A DNA stretch of 64,000 nucleotides from Amoebidium appalachense (taxonomy: Eukaryota > Protista > Ichthyosporea). The notes beneath the pieces were generated by a model that was not told the origin of the DNA, made no database searches, and saw only the letters and a program-made list of their open reading frames with translations. Shown here piece after piece: positions 55,601-64,000 of the stretch; position 1 is the stretch's first letter; each line of letters starts with the position of its first letter. A program made the position numbers and the translations under genes. The DNA lies in NCBI GenBank assembly GCA_963693365.1, contig CAVNZM010000003.1, forward strand, positions 1 through 64,000, given 5' to 3'.

Positions 55601-56110
55601 AGGTACGAACAGATTCGAAAATGTATTGCAATTGCGGGGATTGTAAACCATGAATATTCCAAAACAAAAAAGAAAGAGGTTGAGATTGTTGAGCCATTTA
55701 ATTTCCGGCAGCGGCCCGCGGTTCGCCAATCCGATCCAACCACGCACGATAAAGAGCCGCCACCTCCTGGGACGCAGTCACATGGCGGGGGGATCCGTCC
55801 GCCCGATCGAGAAAAGCCACCTGTTTCTGCAACCGCCCGCGAAGCATGTCCACAGCGGTTTTGCCGGCGTCCATAAATTTCTGTTGCCGAATGTTACCGA
55901 GCGCATCAGGCTGAAAAGCCGCCGAGTCCAGAATTTCGAGGTGCAGAAGGTTGCGCAGCTGGGTGCACAACTCAGCCTCGTAGTCCTCCTCAACAACTTA
56001 GAAGCTCAAGCACACGGCCGTCGATGAAGGAATAATTGCGAATTTTGCTGGTGCGCACACGAATTGCCCGAAAATCTTGCTTGATCTGCGAGATGGGGCC
56101 GCGAGCAAGG
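52635..56110 (-). mobile_element. Degenerate APE-type LINE (ORF1 remnant plus near full-length frameshifted ORF2)
   Basis: ORF1 remnant ends at TAA 55698, immediately followed by ATG 55697 (MAQQSQPLSFLFWNIHGL...VLAETW...VFIGDFN). RT and a CCHC-like tail (CHFCAELFNRKHVNSC) follow. Many frameshifts. Confidence 0.88.
52893..54358 (-). pseudogene. LINE reverse transcriptase domain (frameshifted)
   Basis: DCRPVTL, GGFR, VVFIDLK..AYDTV, RGLLQGSLLSPLLF, LLFADDI, YDYLGIPF. Confidence 0.92.
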
Positions 56111-56319
56111 CAGCCTCTATGAAAAAACTACTCCGGGACGTGTGTTGCCTCTAGGGGGACATCCCCTTGGACGAAAGTGAACCTGCAATGGTTGTAAACC
56201 ACTGCACGGCAAGCCCCCAGTCATCAATTTATTGATCCGTGAGGTCCTTGTGCCCAAAAAACGGGGGAAGTCTTCGCCCCGTGAAAAAACAGCACGTATG
56301 TGTGGATCAATGGGGGTTG

Positions 56320-56525
56320 CCCAGGCGAATATAATATTCGCTCGCATCCTGATTATCCATCCCCCCAGGCGAATATATATAAATAAATAAAAAAGAAAAG
56401 GAAAAAAATATTTGAGTCGGATCCTGATTATCCAACCCCCAAGAGAATATGATATTCGCTCGGAACCTGAGTATCCAACCCCCAGGCGAATATAATATTC
56501 GCTCGCATCCTGATTATCCATCTAA
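56320..56525. repeat. ~45-bp imperfect direct repeats with a palindromic GCGAATATAATATTCGC core
   Basis: CCCAGGCGAATATAATATTCGCTCGCATCCTGATTATCCA at ~56320 and ~56481, with degenerate copies between. Confidence 0.8.
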
Positions 56526-56677
56526 CCCTAAACCCTATCTGTCGCATCCGGCAGGTACACCAGTGCGCTCTGAACCAGAACACAACACAGGGTCGTCGGA
56601 TCCTGCTTCGCCAATTTCGTCGTCGGGGTTTACTAGTGCAGGTGACGGCGCCCAGTCACAAGTACCACCTTCGCCAA

Positions 56678-57945
56678 TGGCACAACCGCCCCGTAAGCGT
56701 GCCAAGGTGACACTGGAGCCCGAGGTAACTGACTCAACGTCGTATACACCCGAAGTGGACCCACCAGTGTCGCCGGTCCCATCAACCAATGATTGCAACC
56801 CTTGCCCACTGTGCCCACAATCCCCGTCTCTCTCCGGTCAAAATGGCCCGGGAATGTCAGTGAGTCTGTGTTTACACACTATGTAGTACTGCAACAGCGC
56901 AGACCCAGTTTATGACTTCACCCCCGTGCCGATGGATGCTTTCTCATTCAACCGCAACGACACCTTTGGTTTCCGTCCAAGATTTTCATGGGAAATGAAT
57001 TTCTGTTTCATCATCACCGCATTGGACGGATTAAACTGTGGGCTGATAAATTCCAACGTGCCACCCGTACATCTTAAGCCAACCGGACTGGACGTTTGGG
57101 ACCGGATGATTGCTGCCTTAAAGCACCGCGAAAAGCATACAGCAAATATCCGGGCCATTGCTCATCGTCTGGCACGGGTGTGGAAGGTAACACAATTCAG
57201 GATTGGGGACATAAATTCAACGGACAAGTTGTTTGACGCGCTTCAATGTGACATTAGCGGTTCGGATTACCTCACGGGTGTCCCGCTGGATGGGTCTAGT
57301 CGTTCGCTATTCCGAGACAACGTGGTACCCCCTCACGTGACAATCATAACCGCTACATGCGTTAAATGCACTGGCGTGTCTACGCGTGTGTTGTGTTCCA
57401 TCGATGCCGAGCTTCGCACCCGACGTCGCCGTGAAAGGATGGACCACAAGGAGATTTACATTGTCAATCCCATAGCGGGTACCCATTTCTTCGATGGCGA
57501 CTGCACTGAATATGGCAGGGAATTTCAAAGCCCAACCTCGGTTTGCACAACGTGCAATTCCAAGGGTACGGTGCGGGGCAACGTTTTAATACTTCCTAGC
57601 ATTCTCTTCGTCCACATGTCAGTGCAATCCTTGCCGCCTGTTCATGTCATGAATTGCGCGAACTTTATGGGGCGCCAACTTGAATACCATCTTGCCTACA
57701 TTGGTCTTCACAAACCAGGTCACTTTTTCGGTGTGGCACCCGCATTCACGTGGAAAAATGGGAAGCCATATCATCTCCACTGCGACGGTTTCGGAATGAC
57801 CACTGAAAAACCAGACACTGAGCTATGGGAGAGCAACACGGGACCTACCAATGTCTCTGTCCAAATGTCTCGGGAAGGTGGCGAATGCGAAGGCTGGTGC
57901 CCATTATATGTTAAGTTGAATTGGGCACGCATTAAGGATGTGTAA
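56678..57945 (+). CDS. Divergent USP/USPL1-like cysteine protease (main ORF 56926-57945; N-terminal part separated by an in-frame TAG at 56884 or a short intron)
   Basis: Cys box-like WEMNFCFIITAL, CVKC and CTTC zinc-ligand pairs, LPSILFVH, His box-like YHLAYIGLHKPGHFFG...HCDG, terminal LYVK. Upstream in-frame MAQPPRKRAK resembles an NLS. Confidence 0.6.
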
Positions 57946-58942
57946 AATCGTATAAGTATTTGGGACGGAAGCAGAGACACAGTGGTGCAGTGTGAAAACA
58001 CCACAGACACACAACAACAAAACACGGAACGATCGGAGCAGTGTACACAACAGACATCAATGTTTAGACACGACTGAACTCAATTTATTTCGATCTCGCA
58101 TAAATACCTGAAATTCCCTTAAGTCAGATCCATACATGATTTCCGACCAGTCGGAAATCAGATCTATGTCTAAAATAACCAATCACAATTAACTGATTAT
58201 TTCCCGGATAGATCCGGAGACACAGGAAATCACACCATAGGTCACAGCTATAAGAAAGTAATGAGGTGAAAAGTAAAGAGAAAGATCAGTGATGTTTCTA
58301 ACCTATCACCGGCTACAAAGACTCAGACATTTTCTGACTAAGTCTACTGATTGGATATAGTACGGCAACACACAAAACAAAAGTGGTTGACTAAGCTATT
58401 AATCATACATGACAAGCTAAAGTGTAACCTAAGTGTTTTTCTACCAATCAAAACATAACGAGTAATATAAATCTACTCAACGTATATTAGTGAGAAAGAA
58501 ATATAATAATGTGAAGGGAAACAAGAGAAGAAAGAAAGAGAAAAGAAAGAAGAAGAAAGAGGAAAAAGAAAAGAAAGAAGGACAGAAAACACGAACATGA
58601 AAACACAGTTGTAACCGAAGATATTCATGTACACATAAACATGTACACGTTTCTCCCTCACTGGGTAGACTCGTGTACCTATAATCAGTTGCTGTACTCG
58701 ATATCTAAACACACGAATATAGCCGACACAACACGATTACAAGTACTCAAACACACTGGAGATCGATGTCATAATTTACGTACAAGGCCGAGCACATCTT
58801 TTACACTAAATAAATGAACGAAAACATAACACGAACTGAGAAGATCTTACAATATGTAGATACTGTTGGAAGATGGTATCGTTATCCAGTCCGATCGCAT
58901 GAATCAGATCATGATCGGCTGGTGGCCTGCGAGATCTTAACC

Positions 58943-59015
58943 GATCTCGTAGCTCAGTTGGTAGAGCACTCGACCGGAGATAGAGGGGTCGCGGGTTCAA
59001 ATCCCGTCGGGATCA
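58943..59015 (+). tRNA. tRNA-like gene, anticodon GGA (nominally Ser) but short variable loop and C33; copy 1
   Basis: 73-nt cloverleaf: acceptor GATCTCG/CGGGATC, D-arm GCTC/GAGC, anticodon loop CCGGAGA, T-arm GCGGG-TTCAAAT-CCCGT. A and B boxes intact; T5 run just downstream. Confidence 0.8.
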
Positions 59016-59312
59016 TCTTTTTCTCATCCTCTTCTCGCTGGGGTAAAAGCCAGCACGCCTTTACTGGCGTCATCACAACCATCGGCAGTGGTTAGGTTGT
59101 GATCTCAAGGCTAGCAAGATCGCTAGTCTCTGCACCAGGACAAAATCTAAAATGGTAGCATGAACAGAGGTTCAGTGGGGACTGAGGGGGCAGTCCACCC
59201 TAACCTGATTCTGCGATTCGTCCTGAGTGGGGATGTTGGAAGATGGTATCGTTATCCAGTCCGATCGCATGAATCAGATCATGATCGGCTGGTGGCCTGC
59301 GAGATCTTAACC

Positions 59313-59385
59313 GATCTCGTAGCTCAGTTGGTAGAGCACTCGACCGGAGATAGAGGGGTCGCGGGTTCAAATCCCGTCGGGATCA
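59313..59385 (+). tRNA. tRNA-like gene, anticodon GGA; copy 2 (identical)
   Basis: Identical to 58943-59015, inside the second LTR. Confidence 0.8.
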
Positions 59386-59615
59386 TCTTTTTCTCATCCT
59401 CTTCTCGCTGGGGTAAAAGCCAGCACGCCTTTACTGGCGTCATCACAACCATCGGCAGTGGTTAGGTTGTGATCTCAAGGCTAGCAAGATCGCTAGTCTC
59501 TGCACCAGGACAAAATCCAAAATGGCATAACCCTGTTGGAAGTAGAGTCCGCTGTGACTAGGGTCGTCGTGGCGCGCTTGGGCGCTGACCCGTTTTTTAC
59601 TGCTTTCAGTGTGTT

Positions 59616-59690
59616 AACTCCATGACTGAACTCCATGACTGAACTCCATGACTGAACTCCATGACTGAACTCCATGACTGAACTCCATGT
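59616..59690. repeat. 13-bp tandem repeat (AACTCCATGACTG) x6 in LTR-B
   Basis: Seen directly. Confidence 0.95.
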
Positions 59691-60351
59691 CTGCACCTGG
59701 CAGAGACGTGGTTTATATACCCGTGGGGCAGCAGTCTGGAATGTAATCCGGATGCCAGGCGCTAATCGGATTGGTTACTTTTATTTAGAGATCTCTGGGA
59801 CCAGTGAACCAATCGTTTGCAGTCAAAACACAATTGGCAACATTCCTCAACTATGCAGATGTGCATGTGGTGATCGAGTGTCAGCGTGTGTCTGTGTACA
59901 CGGAACCAATTGTAAAGCTAACATACACATATTGTGTGAGTGAGCGTAAGTCTGCACTCCAACACCCCTACCCAATTGGAGAAGTGTACACACCACTGTA
60001 GAGAAGAGAGAGTGAGTGTGGCTGCTTGCAGGGTAGACCGGGGTGTGCATTCCACTGTGGTGCGTGCCCCGCCAATGAAGTGGAATACTTGACGTTGATG
60101 TCGCAGGCTGCTGCGGATGGAGTTTGTGGAAGCGAAAGTCTCTACTTCACGGAAATACGCTCGCGGGTGTAGGGTACAGCCTAGAAGTCGGTTTCTGGGC
60201 TCCTCCGTTCAAGGCGTCGTAGGGGACGTGAAGTTAGAGGCCGCGGTGTCGTGTCTGGGCCCATAACCCTGTTGGAAGTAGAGTCCGCTGTGACTAGGGT
60301 CGTCGTGGCGCGCTTGGGCGCTGACCCGTTTTTTACTGCTTTCAGTGTGTT

Positions 60352-60439
60352 AACTCCATGACTGAACTCCATGACTGAACTCCATGACTGAACTCCATGA
60401 CTGAACTCCATGACTGAACTCCATGACTGAACTCCATGT
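60352..60439. repeat. 13-bp tandem repeat x7 in the other LTR-B
   Basis: Seen directly. Confidence 0.95.
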
Positions 60440-61989
60440 CTGCACCTGGCAGAGACGTGGTTTATATACCCGTGGGGCAGCAGTCTGGAATGTAATCCGG
60501 ATGCCAGGCGCTAATCGGATTGGTTACTTTTATTTAGAGATCTCTGGGACCAGTGAACCAATCGTTTGCAGTCAAAACACAATTGGCAACATTCCTCAAC
60601 TATGCAGATGTGCATGTGGTGATCGAGTGTCAGCGTGTGTCTGTGTACACGGAACCAATTGTAAAGCTAACATACACATATTGTGGAGTGAGCGTAAGTC
60701 TGCACTCCAACAGATACTACGTATTACAACAGGATGTGCATCTCAACTTCATGGTGTATGTGCCCGCCCAGGAACTAATGGTAGGCGTGGGCTCCCGCAA
60801 ACTGACGTATGCAAAGTCAACTGTGGATGTAGTGTAGACGACCTTGTGGATATCGGTGTTTTTTTTGTTTTTTGGGGGGCTTTTTTGTTTTTTTTTGCTG
60901 CCAACATGCCATTATCGTTTGAACTGGAATGAAGGACTTAATGCCTGCTCGTATTTAAATACACCATGAATGTGAGTGGTTGCATGCTGTCTGGGTTTAT
61001 TTCATGTAGGTGTATAAGTATAAGATCAAGATTGAAAATTGTGCATAGAAGATAAAGTTTACGAATATAACATGAATTGGCTGCTGTGTATGGTTCTTTA
61101 ACGTAGTGACAACTAAAACATACAAAATATATATGCTGTCCGCCGGCGGGGGGCCCGGGGTTTTATTCCATGTGAGCGGTACTTAGTCTTAGACTATGTA
61201 AACCCACTTTAACATTGTGATGTAAGAATGATTAAGAATACAAGATGATTACGACTAAATCATAATGGTGTATTATGGCTTCTGTAAGGTAAATGCAATG
61301 GCATGATAAATACATACAAACCACTCATTTGCAACGAGTTGGTAAAATCCTGCTATCAGTGGCCATGATTTCTTTTCGACCAACACACAAAGCAACAAGC
61401 TCAGGACACTATAATGATTATACCACAAACCCCCCCCCCCTCCCCCCTGGTCCCCCCCGAATACATCATTTGCACCAAGATGATAGAAAATTGGTAACAG
61501 TAGACATGATCTTTTTCCGGCCAAAACATGTCATAAGCTAAGGTCACGACAATGATTGTTTATACCCCCCCCCCCCCCCCCCCCCCCGCCGCCGCCGCGC
61601 ATACTGTGTTTCTCCCACCACGTCATACAAACCCTCTGACCCCCCTGTCACCCAGGGTAGTAGGGGGGGGGGGGGGGGGGTGCATTTTGGCCTGCCCGAT
61701 ATTCCCCCTAGACAAGTCAAATTTGACGACCTGGATTTTAATTAGAGATGACGACACTTTGGCCTGGACGACACTTTGGCCTGCAACAGGGGGAGGGGGG
61801 ATATGCATGTCCCTAGAGTCAAGGTACCGGTGCCGTGACTGCATATCCACATTGTCAAGCGGAAATTGCGGAAGGGGTGGCCATGGTGAGCAGTATGGTG
61901 GTGGTGGGTGGGGGAGGGGGAACCGTTATAAATTTACATCAATTGCAAGGGAGAGAGGGGAGGAGGCGGGGGGGGAAGGGGGGGGAGGG

Positions 61990-62029
<40 letters not shown>

Positions 62030-62125
62030 TGTACTTGATCATGATATACCGCTGAGGGGATATTCCGAGCAAAACCCCCCATACCTGAGACTGGTCTCTC
62101 TTTGCCTCGAGTGAACTGCGTAACT
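62030..62125 (-). repeat. Dispersed repeat R1, partial copy 3
   Basis: TGATCATGATATACCGCTGAGGGGATATTCCGAGCAAAACCCCCCATACCTGAGACTGGTCTCTCTTTGCCTCG is the reverse complement of the R1 core. Confidence 0.85.
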
Positions 62126-62368
62126 TACCCCATATATCGATGTCTGCTAAATTGGTGTGCACGCGACAATCGGTGTGCTCAGTTGCCAATATCATATATG
62201 TAACTTGTTCTAGGCCACGTGTATCATTAGTACATATTGCCTGACACATATCTCAGTCTTCCGTTAACGTTACATGTGCCGGCACATGGGCCACGGTGCG
62301 TGTGTGTGTGTTGTGTGTTGACGGTGTTGCATGCCTGCACGTGTGTCAGTGTGGTGTGTCAGAAGATC

Positions 62369-62436
<68 letters not shown>

Positions 62437-62710
62437 AGAGAGAGATGCATCTGAAAAAGAGAGAGTTCAATTGAAGAGAACACCGTGAATTTCAAAGAGG
62501 AAGACTCGGCTCTAGAGAGAGGGTGGGGGTGTGGGGGGGGGGGGGGGGGGGGGGGGAGGCATAGAGAGAGAGAAAATTAGAGAGAGAGGGGGGGTAGGGG
62601 GGTGGGGGGTGGGGGGAGCGGGACAAGGGGAGAGATCATGGAGGGAGGGGGCGGGAGGAAAGGGGCGAGGTAGGGAGGTAGTCTAGTGAATGGGGAGAGC
62701 GAGAGAAGAG

Positions 62711-62765
<55 letters not shown>

Positions 62766-62939
62766 AAGGGGGACGGAGGCAGGGAGGGAGGGAGCCCCTG
62801 GCCTGGCAGAGGGAGAGCGAGAGGGGGAAAGAGAGAAGAGAGAGAGACGACCTGGCGCGGGCAGGGGGGGGGGAGGAGGGACTCCGAGAGAGAGGGGGGG
62901 TCAGCCGCTGGGGGGCGGGGGGGGGGGGGGGGGGGGGAA

Positions 62940-63006
<67 letters not shown>

Positions 63007-63007
63007 A

Positions 63008-63267
63008 CCGTGGTTTTACAAAAGAAAAGAAGAGGGAAAAGGTGTGTCATGTGTGTCTCCCACATCATCACCTCGCTTGAGCATGTTACACCTCGTATGG
63101 TAGAAATCAGGTCTGTGAATGAGTGTGTGTGTGTAGCCGAAGTGCGTGGTGATGTGTGTATGTGCCCTGCACGGTACAACAGGTGCCCACTTCATCCCTC
63201 CGGCCATACGTGTGGGAGACACACATGACACACCTTTCCCCCCTTCTTTTCTTTTGAAAAACGACGG
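63008..63267. mobile_element. MITE-like element with ~57-bp imperfect terminal inverted repeats
   Basis: CAAAAGAAAAGAAGAGGGAAAAGGTGTGTCATGTGTGTCTCCCACA ... TGTGGGAGACACACATGACACACCTTTCCCCCCTTCTTTTCTTTTG; no TSD resolved. Confidence 0.6.
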
Positions 63268-63732
63268 GGAGCCGGGGGGGGGGGGGGGGGAGATTTGGGG
63301 GGGGGGGGGGGGGGGGGGGGGGGGATCCGGGGGCCGCACTGATGTATTGTAGTACAGAAGACCACAGGGTGTAAATTGCTGCTACATTGCATTGTGATGA
63401 TGATCAAGAGGGTCCGGTAATAAAAATTTACCTAGAGTCTCAAGGGGGGTCTATTAAACATAGTGGTGGTGGTGACACCGTGTGTCGTTCAGGAGGATAG
63501 GACACCGTCAGAGTTGTAATTGGCACCTCGATTGTGTTGTGTCGGTCATCGTCACGGTGGTTGCTGCTTTTTCTGTATCATAGTGTATGCATATTTTTTG
63601 TGCCCGGGTTGCAGACCATATTCCTACTTTTTGTAAGCTTTCAGAGTTTACGGTGTAAGGCGTTCTAGTTGTGGGTGTGTGTTTCGAATAGGATTTAAGG
63701 TGCTGGGGAAACAGGGAAATTGGTGGTGGTGG

Positions 63733-63814
<82 letters not shown>

Positions 63815-63884
63815 GTGGAGGAGGCCAGGGAGGGTGGGTTGGGGGGTTGGGGAGGGTTGAAGGTACAGTGGCTGGTTTCTTTCT

Positions 63885-64000
63885 GCAGACAAATAAGAAC
63901 GACTGAGGATTAAAGATGTGTGCAGACAAATAAGAACGACTGAGGATTAAAGATGTGTGCAGACAAATAAGAACGAGTGAGGATTAAAGATGTGTGCAGA
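63885..64000. repeat. 37-bp tandem repeat, at least 3 copies, runs off the window
   Basis: GCAGACAAATAAGAACGACTGAGGATTAAAGATGTGT head-to-tail. Confidence 0.92.

Larger units (their letters stand above)
58864..59522 (+). mobile_element. TRIM-A: 289-bp LTRs (58864-59152, 59234-59522), each carrying a tRNA-like gene; 81-bp internal region
   Basis: LTRs differ at one position seen. PBS TGGTAGCA at 59153 resembles the complement of the tRNAiMet 3' end. Purine tract GAGTGGGGA directly precedes the second LTR. Confidence 0.85.
58864..60712. mobile_element. Composite insertion of two tail-to-tail TRIMs bounded by one 5-bp TSD (GATAC at 58859-58863 and 60713-60717)
   Basis: Starts TGTTGGA and ends TCCAACA; internal layout LTR-A / int / LTR-A / 11-nt junction / LTR-B / int / LTR-B. 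Confidence 0.88.
59534..60712 (-). mobile_element. TRIM-B: LTRs 60712-60270 (443 bp) and 59964-59534 (431 bp); 305-bp internal region with no TE protein motifs
   Basis: Each LTR is TGTTGGA...TCCAACA. PBS GGGTTATGGGCCCAG (60269-60255) is the copia/Ty5-type half-tRNAiMet PBS. PPT TTGGGTAGGGG precedes the 3' LTR. TATA and CCAAT motifs lie in the LTR. Confidence 0.88.

Noticed and set aside
58137-58160. Perfect 11-bp hairpin TGATTTCCGAC-CA-GTCGGAAATCA
   Set aside because: Isolated, with no context allowing a terminator or TE-end assignment.
58864-60712. Ngaro/PAT split direct repeats, or a tRNA-SINE duplication
   Set aside because: Order is A-A-B-B rather than A..B-A-B, and LTR termini, PBS, PPT and a 5-bp TSD fit integrase-type LTR elements.

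Overview
Eukaryotic, repeat-rich, intron-dense DNA full of poly-C/poly-G runs and (CA)n tracts. A unicellular holozoan source is a guess, not established. Left end (1-7.7 kb): a secreted repeat-protein ORF running off the window, a 3'-truncated DIRS/Ngaro-type retrotransposon and a degenerate APE-type LINE. Centre (13.1-44.1 kb, +): a 36-39-exon Munc13-4/BAIAP3-family gene, reconstructed by hand exon by exon, with an unusual C2-MUN-C2-C2 architecture. Many of its acceptors are preceded by (CA)n instead of a polypyrimidine tract, and several splice sites are tandemly amplified. Right part: a secreted Cys-rich protein gene plus a paralogous fragment, a second degenerate LINE and a divergent USP/USPL1-like cysteine protease ORF. 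The most striking object is 58864-60712: two different miniature LTR retrotransposons (TRIMs) fused tail-to-tail through primer-binding-site remnants and bounded by a single 5-bp TSD (GATAC). One TRIM carries a complete tRNA-like Pol III unit in each LTR, analogous to the 5S-carrying Cassandra elements. The other has a copia/Ty5-type half-tRNAiMet PBS. All calls were made by eye; no searches were run.
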